Assembly (NCBI GenBank): GCA_002753335.1
Contig: PEAD01000002.1
Coordinates: 1 to 64,000 of the forward strand
Source of the DNA: Nitrospirae bacterium MYbin3
GTDB taxonomy: Bacteria > Nitrospirota > Thermodesulfovibrionia > Thermodesulfovibrionales > Dissulfurispiraceae
Reading direction: 5' to 3'
Length of the DNA: 64,000 bases
Below, in pieces: positions 41,647 to 52,064 of this stretch. The translations under genes were made by a program, and so were the position numbers. The notes below the pieces were generated by a model. The model had not been told where the DNA came from. It saw nothing but the letters and a program-made list of their open reading frames with translations, and did not search any database. Each line of letters begins with the position of its first letter. Positions within the stretch are counted from its first letter, which is position 1.

Positions 41647-42066
41647 ATGTTAGAGTTTAATGCTTGGTTTTTTGTCCTTCTGGCGAACTTTCTTATTCTG
41701 TTGGTTGTTCTGAACAAGATTCTTTTTCAGCCTCTTGCAAAGATCATGAAAGAAAGAGAGACTGCTGTTAACGGTGCTCTTGATGAAGCAAAATCACTCA
41801 CATCTAAAAAAGATGAAGCAATAGTAAAGATGAATTTGGAGCTGCAGGCAACGAGGCAAAAGGCAAAAAATGTTTCGGACTCAATCAGGGCCGAAGGCCA
41901 AGCTGTTCAAAAGGACGCTCTTTCCAAAGCCGAAGCCGAAGCCGTAAGCATGATCGAAGCTGCACGCGCCGAGCTTAAGGCCAAGGCTGAGAAGGCGAGA
42001 GTAGAACTTAAAGCGGACATAGAAAAGTTCTCAGAAGAAATAGTCAACAAGCTGGTGAAGGCATGA
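41647..42066 (+). CDS. ATP synthase F0 subunit b'
   Basis: TM helix (NFLILLVVLNKILFQP) plus coiled coil; first gene of the atp operon. Confidence 0.9.
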   Translation: MLEFNAWFFVLLANFLILLVVLNKILFQPLAKIMKERETAVNGALDEAKSLTSKKDEAIVKMNLELQATRQKAKNVSDSIRAEGQAVQKDALSKAEAEAVSMIEAARAELKAKAEKARVELKADIEKFSEEIVNKLVKA

Positions 42067-42650
42067 AGATTATTTCAGGGGGCAAACTAAAACTCTCAAA
42101 GGCGCTAGTGTTGTTTTTCTTTGCCAGTCTTTTTTCACCTGCAGCTGTTTTAGCGAGCGGCGGAGGCGAGGGAAATTCTCCTATGGAATGGGTGTGGCGC
42201 TTTGTTAATTTCGGGCTTCTCGTTATTATTCTTGTAAAGTTCCTGAACAAACCTCTTCGTGATTATTTTGCACAGAGAAAAGAGCTGATAGCCAAGAGCA
42301 TAAAAGAGTCTCAGGAAGCGAAAGAGCTTGCGGTTAAGGCACTTGCAGAAGTTGAGGAAAGGCTGAAGCTAAAGGATAAGGAAGTACAGGAGATACTTGA
42401 GGCCGCAAAGGCGAGCGGAGAGAGAGAGAGGCAGCGTCTTATAGCCGAGGGAGAAAAACTTAAGGCAAAGGTGCTTGAGCAGGCAAAGACAAATATAGAA
42501 TATGAGTTGAAAAGGGCAAAGGAAGTTATCAAGTCAGAGGCTGCTGAGGTTGCTCTTAAGCTTGCTGAAGAAAAAATAAAGGACAGGCTTTCCAAAGAAG
42601 ATCAGGAAAAACTATTGCAAAATTCCCTCAAAATGCTGAGCAAGAACTGA
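42063..42650 (+). CDS. atpF: ATP synthase F0 subunit b
   Basis: WRFVNF..KPL motif plus coiled coil. Confidence 0.92.
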   Translation: MKIISGGKLKLSKALVLFFFASLFSPAAVLASGGGEGNSPMEWVWRFVNFGLLVIILVKFLNKPLRDYFAQRKELIAKSIKESQEAKELAVKALAEVEERLKLKDKEVQEILEAAKASGERERQRLIAEGEKLKAKVLEQAKTNIEYELKRAKEVIKSEAAEVALKLAEEKIKDRLSKEDQEKLLQNSLKMLSKN

Positions 42651-42658
42651 GAGGATAG

Positions 42659-43198
42659 ATGAAAAAGGTAAAAGGCATAAAAAAATATGCACGGCAGCTT
42701 ATAAAGAGCCTTGATATAAATGAGGTGCCGGCCGCAATTGAACAGCTCAACGCTATTGCCGGTCTAATGGATAAGGACAAAAATCTGCGGACTTTGCTTA
42801 CCAGCCCCTTGTTCAAGAAAGAAGAAAAGCAGAAAGCGGTTCTGTTTCTTGCAAAGAAAGTTAATATGTCAGAGAAAACCACCAAGTTTCTCGACTATCT
42901 GGCTGCATCGGGTGTGATTATAGCTCTTTCTGCGATAATTAGCGCCATGCAGGCTATATATTTCGAAATGAAACAAAAAGCCAAAGCGGTTGTTTCTGCA
43001 GCTTCAGAGATAAGCGGTGACAACAGGCAGAAGCTTGCAGAAGCATTGAAAAAAGTTACCGGAAAAGATATAGAGGTCTCATTTTTAATTGACCCTTCTT
43101 TGCTTGGAGGCGTCAGCATAAGGGTCGGCAGCACGCTTTACGACAGTAGTATAAAAGGCCAGTTAGGGCTTTTAAGAGATAAGCTTATAAAGGGGTGA
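42659..43198 (+). CDS. atpH: ATP synthase F1 delta subunit
   Basis: KKYA and [18 protein letters not shown] motifs. Confidence 0.93.
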   Translation: MKKVKGIKKYARQLIKSLDINEVPAAIEQLNAIAGLMDKDKNLRTLLTSPLFKKEEKQKAVLFLAKKVNMSEKTTKFLDYLAASGVIIALSAIISAMQAIYFEMKQKAKAVVSAASEISGDNRQKLAEALKKVTGKDIEVSFLIDPSLLGGVSIRVGSTLYDSSIKGQLGLLRDKLIKG

Positions 43199-43202
43199 AA
43201 TA

Positions 43203-44711
43203 ATGGAGATCAAGGTTGATGAAATCAGTGCGCAGCTAAAAAGCCAGATTGCCGATTTTGAAAAGCGCGTCGATGTCAGCGAATTCGGCATAGTAACCGG
43301 AGTCGGTGATGGCATAACAAGGATATACGGTCTCGACAACTGCATGACGTCGGAACTGCTCGAGTTCCCGAATAATATATTCGGAATGGCGCTCAATCTT
43401 GAAGAAGATACTGTCGGAGCTGTTTTGTTTGGCGAAGACACCTTTGTTAAGCAGGGCGATGTGGTTAAGAGAACAGGTAAGATTATGTCTGTTCCTGCAG
43501 GCGATGAGATGGTGGGAAGAGTAGTTAATGCTATAGGACAGCCTATAGACGGCAAAGGGCCTGTAAATGCAAAATCGAGCAGAATAGTTGATATTGTAGC
43601 ACCCGGAATTGTTGACCGGCAGCCTGTTAGAGAGCCCTTGCAGACAGGGGTGAAGGCTGTAGATGCGATGATACCGATCGGCCGCGGACAGAGAGAACTT
43701 ATAATCGGCGACCGTCAGACAGGAAAGACCGCCATTGCAATAGACGCAATAATCAATCAAAAAGGCAGCGGTGTTATATGCATATATGTTGCGGTAGGCC
43801 AGAAGAGGGCGAGCGTGGCAAGGGTTGTCAAGACCCTTGAGGAGCACGGCGCTATGGAGCATACAATAGTTGTTTCCGCAACAGCCAGCGAGCCTGCGCC
43901 GCTCCAGTATCTTGCACCTTACACAGGCTGCGCTCTTGGAGAGTTCTTTAGAGACAACGGCCGCCATGCGCTCATTATTTATGATGACTTGAGCAAGCAG
44001 GCAACAGCATACAGACAGCTTTCGCTGATACTCAGGCGTCCTCCGGGACGTGAGGCGTATCCGGGCGATGTATTCTATCTCCACTCGAGACTTCTCGAAA
44101 GGGCCGCAAAACTCAGTGATGAACTCGGCGGCGGATCTCTCACCGCTCTGCCTATAATCGAGACTCAGGCAGGAGACGTTTCTGCATATATACCGACAAA
44201 CGTTATTTCGATTACGGACGGACAGATATATCTTGAACCCGATCTTTTCTATGCCGGTGTCAGGCCTGCGGTTAACGTAGGTCTTTCTGTTAGCCGTGTT
44301 GGTAGCGCCGCGCAGACAAAGGCTATGAAACAGGTTGCCGGAACCTTGAGGTTGGATCTTGCCCAGTTCAGAGAGCTTGCGGCCTTTGCGCAGTTCGGTT
44401 CGGATCTTGACAAGTCAACTCTTGCACAGATCGAGAGAGGCAAAAGAATGGTCGAAATTCTAAAGCAGGACCAGTATGTACCGCTACCTGTTGAGGAGCA
44501 GATAATGATTCTTTTTGCAGGTTCTCAGGGATATCTCGATGATGTGCCGGTTACTTCTCTAAAACGGTTTGAGGCGGACTTCATCAGTTTTATAAGAGAT
44601 AGAAAAGCTGACATAAAGAGCGAGTTGAAGACCAAAAATGCTATTGACGATTCTTTGAAAGAGAAGCTGACCGCCGCTATTCTTGAGTTCAAAAAGGGCT
44701 TTGCGGCTTAA
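43203..44711 (+). CDS. atpA: ATP synthase F1 alpha subunit
   Basis: GDRQTGKT and [21 protein letters not shown] motifs. Confidence 0.99.
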   Translation: MEIKVDEISAQLKSQIADFEKRVDVSEFGIVTGVGDGITRIYGLDNCMTSELLEFPNNIFGMALNLEEDTVGAVLFGEDTFVKQGDVVKRTGKIMSVPAGDEMVGRVVNAIGQPIDGKGPVNAKSSRIVDIVAPGIVDRQPVREPLQTGVKAVDAMIPIGRGQRELIIGDRQTGKTAIAIDAIINQKGSGVICIYVAVGQKRASVARVVKTLEEHGAMEHTIVVSATASEPAPLQYLAPYTGCALGEFFRDNGRHALIIYDDLSKQATAYRQLSLILRRPPGREAYPGDVFYLHSRLLERAAKLSDELGGGSLTALPIIETQAGDVSAYIPTNVISITDGQIYLEPDLFYAGVRPAVNVGLSVSRVGSAAQTKAMKQVAGTLRLDLAQFRELAAFAQFGSDLDKSTLAQIERGKRMVEILKQDQYVPLPVEEQIMILFAGSQGYLDDVPVTSLKRFEADFISFIRDRKADIKSELKTKNAIDDSLKEKLTAAILEFKKGFAA

Positions 44712-44726
44712 GCAGGGGATTTTCGG

Positions 44727-45593
44727 ATGGCAGGATTAAAAGAAATACGAAAACGCATAAGCTCGGTAAAGAGTACCAAGCAGATAACAAAGGCTATGAA
44801 GATGGTCTCGGCCGCCAAGTTCAGGAGGGCTCAGACCAGAATCCTTGAACTGAGGCCATATGCCGAAAAGATGCAGACGGTGCTTTCAAATCTTGCGGCC
44901 ACTGTGGATACCGGTCATCCATTGCTCGAAATCAGGATAAAGAAAAAGGTTGAAATAATTGCGCTGACAGGGGACAAGGGGCTTTGCGGTGCATTTAATA
45001 CCAATATAATGAAGGCTGTAATAAAGACGGTAAAAGAAAAACAGTCTGAAGACGTAGAGGTCAGCTTGAGCGCGATCGGCAAAAAAGGAACGGACCTTGT
45101 AAAACGCAGAGGCTTGCCGCTCAGACAGTCATGGACAGGACTTGCAGGCAGGATCAGCTACCTTAACGCTCAGGAAATAGCAAAAGACATTATCGAAAAT
45201 TACATAAATGAGACTTTTGATGAGGTGGTGCTGGTTTACAATGAATTCAAATCAGCGCTTGTGCAGAAGGTTTCTGTTGTTCGGCTTTTGCCTCTTGCAA
45301 AGGTTGTATCGGAAGAACCGCAGGAGTTTTCGCTGCCGTTCGCTTATGAGCCTTCACAGCAGGCGATTTTCGATACTATGCTGCCGAAGAACCTCGAGAT
45401 ACAGATATTCAGGGCTTTGCTCGAATCACAGGCTTCTGAGGAGGCGGCGAGGATGACCTCAATGGAGAACGCGACAAAGGCGGCTGATGATATGATCGCA
45501 TCTCTTACCCTTCAGTACAACAAAGCGCGTCAGGCCTCGATCACAAAAGAGCTTATGGATATCGTGGGCGGCGTCGAAGCCCTTAAACATTAG
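44727..45593 (+). CDS. atpG: ATP synthase F1 gamma subunit
   Basis: ITKAMKMVSAAK, GLCGAFN and NKARQASIT motifs. Confidence 0.98.
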   Translation: MAGLKEIRKRISSVKSTKQITKAMKMVSAAKFRRAQTRILELRPYAEKMQTVLSNLAATVDTGHPLLEIRIKKKVEIIALTGDKGLCGAFNTNIMKAVIKTVKEKQSEDVEVSLSAIGKKGTDLVKRRGLPLRQSWTGLAGRISYLNAQEIAKDIIENYINETFDEVVLVYNEFKSALVQKVSVVRLLPLAKVVSEEPQEFSLPFAYEPSQQAIFDTMLPKNLEIQIFRALLESQASEEAARMTSMENATKAADDMIASLTLQYNKARQASITKELMDIVGGVEALKH

Positions 45594-45620
45594 GAAAAAG
45601 TATTCTAAAGATTTATATAG

Positions 45621-47048
<1,428 letters not shown>

Positions 47049-47051
47049 AAT

Positions 47052-47453
47052 ATGGAAGGCAGGATTAAGCTGGATATAGTAACTCCTCACGGTTTGGTTC
47101 TCAGTGAGGATGTAGATGAGATAACCGCCCCCGGAAGCGAGGGTGAGTTTGGCGTGTTGGCGGGCCATGAATCGTTTATTACGAGTCTCAGCATAGGTGT
47201 TCTGACATGCAAGGCAGGCAGCAAAACAGAATATGTCTTTATAAACTCAGGCTATATAGAAGTAACCGCCGAAAGAGTTATAGTTCTTGCCGACAGCGCT
47301 GAGCGTTCAGAAGATATCGATGCTGAAAGGGCAGCAGCAGCCAAGCAGCGTGCGGAAGAAAGATTGAAACATGCCGACAACGTAGATTTTGCTCGAGCCA
47401 CGGCAGCGCTAGAAAGAGCGACAACCAGAATTCAACTAGTACAGAAAAAGTAA
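47052..47453 (+). CDS. atpC: ATP synthase F1 epsilon subunit
   Basis: IVTP and GEFGVLAGH motifs. Confidence 0.96.
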   Translation: MEGRIKLDIVTPHGLVLSEDVDEITAPGSEGEFGVLAGHESFITSLSIGVLTCKAGSKTEYVFINSGYIEVTAERVIVLADSAERSEDIDAERAAAAKQRAEERLKHADNVDFARATAALERATTRIQLVQKK

Positions 47454-47455
47454 TA

Positions 47456-48619
47456 CTAAAGTCTTCTCCTGAACATAGCGCAGAAGGTTTCTAAAAATTT
47501 CTCGATGAAAGGCCTATTTTTCCATTCATCGAGATTTATTTTTTGAGCCTTTTTAATATCCTCTTCAAAAACCCCGGCCATTTCGCTGCCAAAACTTTTG
47601 TCATAAATCCCGACATTCCCCTCGTCGTTGTACCGGAGGGACTGGAAATCGAGATTTGTTGACCCGATAATGCTCCAGCAGTCATCAAACAGAAATGTTT
47701 TTGCATGCAGGATTTCTCCTTGGTAGGCATAAATTTCGATACCCGCCTTCAACAGTCTTGCAAACAAGGCTTTTCCTGCATATGAAGCAACAGGCACATC
47801 GCTTACATCTGGAACGATTAACCTTACTTTTACGCCGCGCCTTACAGCTCCTTCGAGCGTTTCGAGCATTCTTTTGCTTGGGATAAAATATGCGGTGGTC
47901 AGCGATATACTTTTTGTGGAGTTGTTTATGCTGTGATACAAAAGTTTTCTCATTCTGCGGCGGCTTCGTATGGATGACACAAAAACCGGAATTGCGGCTA
48001 TCACTGACTGACTGTTTTTGTTGTTCGCTATTTCTGAATGGTTGTTTGGTATGGAGTTGCCTCCCCAGAGGCGCCAACTTTTTTCGAAATGTGTAAACAG
48101 GTCTTGGACAATTGCACCTTTAATCATCACTCCTGTGTCACGCCATCCGCGGCCCTTTATTCGGAGGTGAAAGCCGCTGTATTCGTTTGCTACGTTCAAA
48201 CCGCCGGTGAATGCCTTTTCCCCATCTATTATTAGCAGCTTGCGGTGGTCTCGGTGAACATAATGGCCGGGGCGGGTCCATTTAAATGGGCGTGATGCCT
48301 TTATCTGAACGCCTGCATCAGCTAGCTCATGCCAGAACTGGATTGGTGTTTTAAATGAGCCGAAATGGTCATAAAGCAAATATACTTGGACGCCTTCTTT
48401 GCTTTTTTGTTTTAGGATGTTTGCAAGTGAGGTTCCAGTTTCGTCGTTTCTGAAGATATAAAATACTAGGCAGATGAATTCCTTTGCATTTTGAACAGCC
48501 TCAAAGATGCTTTGAAAAGACTCTTTGCCTTTCCATAAAAGCTTTATGTCGGAGGCATTCGAAAAATCAGCTCTAAGAATCTCTTCTATCTGTGAAATAG
48601 AAAAGTTTTCGCATTTCAT
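47456..48619 (-). CDS. Cardiolipin synthase/phospholipase D family (ClsB-like)
   Basis: Two HKD motifs: HRKLLIID and HAKTFLFD. Confidence 0.9.
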   Translation of the reverse strand: MKCENFSISQIEEILRADFSNASDIKLLWKGKESFQSIFEAVQNAKEFICLVFYIFRNDETGTSLANILKQKSKEGVQVYLLYDHFGSFKTPIQFWHELADAGVQIKASRPFKWTRPGHYVHRDHRKLLIIDGEKAFTGGLNVANEYSGFHLRIKGRGWRDTGVMIKGAIVQDLFTHFEKSWRLWGGNSIPNNHSEIANNKNSQSVIAAIPVFVSSIRSRRRMRKLLYHSINNSTKSISLTTAYFIPSKRMLETLEGAVRRGVKVRLIVPDVSDVPVASYAGKALFARLLKAGIEIYAYQGEILHAKTFLFDDCWSIIGSTNLDFQSLRYNDEGNVGIYDKSFGSEMAGVFEEDIKKAQKINLDEWKNRPFIEKFLETFCAMFRRRL

Positions 48620-48645
48620 TAGCTGAATCTTTCGGCATCATACCA

Positions 48646-48867
48646 TTATTTATTGTTTTCTCCACCCTGTTTTTTAAATTCGCGAATAATGTTTTGGGCT
48701 TCTTCCGATTGGGCATCTATGGTTCTTGCTTTATTGCCCCGCACATATTCTGACTCATAGACATCGTAATTGCCGTGCTGGTTTACGACATATTTTATAT
48801 CGTTGACCTCATAACAGGTCACCAGCAGGCCGTTGTAGAATGATTTGATAAGTTTCTTTGTTATCAT
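48646..48867 (-). CDS. Hypothetical 73-aa protein
   Basis: AAGAGGA RBS; co-oriented with and 26 nt upstream of the cls-like gene. Confidence 0.65.
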   Translation of the reverse strand: MITKKLIKSFYNGLLVTCYEVNDIKYVVNQHGNYDVYESEYVRGNKARTIDAQSEEAQNIIREFKKQGGENNK

Positions 48868-49092
48868 AAATCCTCTTTTTCTATTTCAAAATGGTTTGGC
48901 ATCTCTGTACGAGATGCTGTTTGCTATAGTATATATGTTTAGTTCTCAACTATTAAGTTTAATCCGAAGACAAAAATTTTACAAGCTTTTTGCTTAACAG
49001 TTTGATTAACGGTGCAGCACAGCAGCTAGATTAACTTGGATTTCTTTTAATTCTTGTGGTTTAATAATACTATAAAGGACGGTACGAACTTT

Positions 49093-49617
49093 ATGATAAT
49101 AGAATCTAAGTTTCGCACACAATTTGTAGTTAAGTATATAAGCATAGTTTCATTCGGACTTCTCGTAATACTGCTTCTGCTTTTTCTTGGTCTGCCGAAG
49201 GCAACCATACTTAACTACGGCGCTACGCTCTCATCTTTTTATGATGCAAATAAATTTCTGCCTATGCTGCTGATTGCTGCATTTGCAATAGACTCTCTGA
49301 CTATACCTCTTACGGTTGCGGTTATAGCTGTCCTTGCATCCCACAAAATTGCAGGACCGATTTATCGTATGCAGCAATTTATCAACGATATGGCTAATAC
49401 GAGAAAAGCCCGGCATATAAAGTTCAGGAATCATGACCAACTGCAAGAGACAGCAGATGCGCTAAATACTATGATTAGGGACCTCGAAGGAAAGATGGAT
49501 GCTATTTATGTGGCCCACAGGGAGTTTGAAAGTGCGCGGTTGGGTTCTGCCTCGCCTGACGAACTGAAGATGAAGGTGGATAAGATTGAAAAGGCTATCA
49601 ATAGATTCAGTTTTTAA
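49093..49617 (+). CDS. Two-TM HAMP-domain protein without an output domain (A)
   Basis: SHKIAGPIYR..FRNHDQLQETADALN HAMP-like motif. Confidence 0.8.
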   Translation: MIIESKFRTQFVVKYISIVSFGLLVILLLLFLGLPKATILNYGATLSSFYDANKFLPMLLIAAFAIDSLTIPLTVAVIAVLASHKIAGPIYRMQQFINDMANTRKARHIKFRNHDQLQETADALNTMIRDLEGKMDAIYVAHREFESARLGSASPDELKMKVDKIEKAINRFSF

Positions 49618-50377
49618 ATGGTTTTTTGTTTTTGCGGTTATTGTTTTCATGCCGCTCATTATTACGGCAAAGAAAACAGTGCATAATTTTGACGGCAAAT
49701 GCGACACTTGTCATATGTCAACTCCACCCGATGGCAGACACTTTGTGAAGGAAATAGATTTTCTCTGCATACCGTGTCATCCGCAGACAGGACCTTCACA
49801 TCCTTCTGGGATTAAGCCTTCCATGAAGCCTCCTGCTGGGTTTCAGCTCGATTGGGCAGGGAGGATGACATGCTCAACATGTCACGATGTCCACGGTCAA
49901 AGCGAATCTCTGCTTAAAGGTCAAAAGCCTGGCAAGATGTTCTGCTTTAAGTGCCACAAAGGGCTTGATACCAGCCACAGCTTATTGCCGGAGAAGCTTC
50001 ATACAAGAGAAAATCTGGATGTTACAAAGATGAGCTTTGCTGTTACCAATACCGGCTCCGATATAGACAGGACATCAAAAGAATGCCTTGGATGCCATGA
50101 CGGCGCACTCGGCACCTTAGCTGATGTTAGCGCAAATGTAGGTTCGGGCATCTGGAATCACGGCAATGGGGTCTCGCATCCCATCGGTGTGGACTACATG
50201 GATTCATATCGAAGAAAGGGCAAGCTTGTTCCTATTCACTCGGTTAATTCTGCGATAAAATTTTATAACGGAAAGGTTGGCTGCGGTAGCTGCCATAGTG
50301 TTTTTGCGGGAGATAAATTCAAGCTCGCATTGCCTATGAAAGGCAGTGCGCTCTGTTTTGCGTGCCACAACCTGTGA
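49586..50377 (+). CDS. Heptaheme cytochrome c (doubled-CxxCH type)
   Basis: CDTCH, CIPCH, CSTCH, CFKCH, CLGCH, CGSCH, CFACH; N-terminal hydrophobic signal. Confidence 0.92.
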   Translation: MKRLSIDSVFKWFFVFAVIVFMPLIITAKKTVHNFDGKCDTCHMSTPPDGRHFVKEIDFLCIPCHPQTGPSHPSGIKPSMKPPAGFQLDWAGRMTCSTCHDVHGQSESLLKGQKPGKMFCFKCHKGLDTSHSLLPEKLHTRENLDVTKMSFAVTNTGSDIDRTSKECLGCHDGALGTLADVSANVGSGIWNHGNGVSHPIGVDYMDSYRRKGKLVPIHSVNSAIKFYNGKVGCGSCHSVFAGDKFKLALPMKGSALCFACHNL

Positions 50378-50395
50378 GCCAGGGGGATAAATAAA

Positions 50396-50977
50396 TTGAC
50401 TGAGCCATATAAAAGGAAACACTATTTTATCAATAAAAAATTTCAGGGCAAGTTCGCTGCCCTCTTTCTGGTTGTAGGTCTTATCGTAACCCTTTCAACA
50501 ACGATAATCATCTGGTCTCTTTCTGTCGAGGAACTCGAAAATTTTCTATACAGGTCGCATCTTCCGAAAATATCACCATTGGATATAGTTATCCCTATAG
50601 CGCTCAAATCGATTGCTATAGGTGGAGTTGTGCTTTTGCTTGTATCCTATTTGCTGACGAATTTTATCTTTTGGAGAATTTCAAAAAGACTTAAAGCCTT
50701 TGATGATGCGGTGCTGCAGATAGGTAAAGGAGACCTGAACCTTCAACTTCCTATTGAATCCCTTCAGGAAGTGAGCGGTGCGTTTAACAATATACTTCAA
50801 CTTATTGAAACTCTTAAATCCGATCTCTCTCATCTGGCTTTAATTCAGCAAAAACTCGGCGCAGCGGTTGAGAAGGCTGGTCAAAACCCGGCCTGCACTG
50901 AAACTCTCAAGCAGATAGAGTCTTTGAGCAGAGAGTTTGAAGCTAAGCTGGCTGTTTCCAAATTGACGCTCGAATAA
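50396..50977 (+). CDS. Two-TM HAMP-domain protein without an output domain (B)
   Basis: RKHYFINKKFQ N-terminus; two TM helices; IGKGDL...FN HAMP. Confidence 0.8.
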   Translation: MTEPYKRKHYFINKKFQGKFAALFLVVGLIVTLSTTIIIWSLSVEELENFLYRSHLPKISPLDIVIPIALKSIAIGGVVLLLVSYLLTNFIFWRISKRLKAFDDAVLQIGKGDLNLQLPIESLQEVSGAFNNILQLIETLKSDLSHLALIQQKLGAAVEKAGQNPACTETLKQIESLSREFEAKLAVSKLTLE

Positions 50978-50980
50978 TTG

Positions 50981-52054
50981 CTATTCGAAACTGGCCTGCA
51001 AATTCAGCTCAAGCGCTTTACGGTAATCTGCCGAGGAATTCTTAAGCATAGATTTTAGCTCGAACATTTCGGCTCTTATCATATGAAACTGCTGTTTATC
51101 TTTGATTTCGGCATATGCGGCATCAAAAAGCTTGATCCCATCGTTCAGATCAATTTTAAAACTGGTCACATAAGCATGATAAAGTGATGCGAGCGGATAA
51201 TCACCGATGCTCACAGCCCTCTCCGTAAATGAAAATGCCTCTTGAAATCTTCCGATTCTCGCTAACAAAAAGCCCAATTCTGCCGGCACACTGGGGTCAC
51301 CAGGAGCTATCGACTGCGCTTTTCTTAAAACAGCTTCGGCAGCATCTTTTCTGTTTTCGATAGAATAAAGGTTTGCAAGCACTATATATGAAAGTACATA
51401 AGCGGGGTCTATTTCTATTGCTCTTGCAAGTAAAGGGTAGGCAACTTCATAGCTTTTTTTCTTGATATATTCAACGGCAAGGCTTGCATCCGAAACCGCC
51501 TGAGGTTTTGGAACATGGGCTGTTTTATGTATATGAGCAGGCATGTCTCCAGCCAGATTTTTCAGGTAGTCAAACATATTTTCAACCCCTGTCAAAGGAT
51601 AGCCTGGGAGCTCATACAGCACCTTGCCGCCAGAAATTACAACTGTTGAAGGTATTGCAACAACGTCATAAGCTGCAAAAGTCTTCAACCCCTCATCGAT
51701 CAGAGCCGTGAACGAAACATCAAGGTTATGCAAAACTTTTTTTATATGCTTGATATCTTCAGGAGTTATGTTTTGATGTTCGACATTAACCGCCACAACA
51801 TTGACACCCTTTGATGAATACTTGCGGTAAAATTCATCGAAGCGTTTGAGCGCTGATTCTGAATGCTCGCTTTCTGTGGACCAAAAAAGCAGCACCAATA
51901 CCTTTCCAGACATAAATTCCGAAATGTTTGCAGGTTTGCCATCACCGTCCTTCAAAGAAAATTCAGGGGCGGCTGCGCCTTTCTGGATAAGCCCATACGC
52001 GGGACTGCAGAATAGAATGACAAAGAGAAAACAAAATGAAAATCCTGATCGCAT
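50981..52054 (-). CDS. Exported TlpA/redoxin-fold plus TPR protein lacking CxxC
   Basis: APEFSLKD, LLFWSTESEHS and YDVVAIPST motifs; C-terminal TPRs. Confidence 0.82.
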   Translation of the reverse strand: MRSGFSFCFLFVILFCSPAYGLIQKGAAAPEFSLKDGDGKPANISEFMSGKVLVLLFWSTESEHSESALKRFDEFYRKYSSKGVNVVAVNVEHQNITPEDIKHIKKVLHNLDVSFTALIDEGLKTFAAYDVVAIPSTVVISGGKVLYELPGYPLTGVENMFDYLKNLAGDMPAHIHKTAHVPKPQAVSDASLAVEYIKKKSYEVAYPLLARAIEIDPAYVLSYIVLANLYSIENRKDAAEAVLRKAQSIAPGDPSVPAELGFLLARIGRFQEAFSFTERAVSIGDYPLASLYHAYVTSFKIDLNDGIKLFDAAYAEIKDKQQFHMIRAEMFELKSMLKNSSADYRKALELNLQASFE

Positions 52055-52064
52055 TGGTTTTACC

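Noticed and set aside
48870..48925. Possible c-di-GMP-I riboswitch (GCAAAC...GAAA)
   Set aside because: Only fragmentary resemblance; the P2 stem and second hairpin are missing
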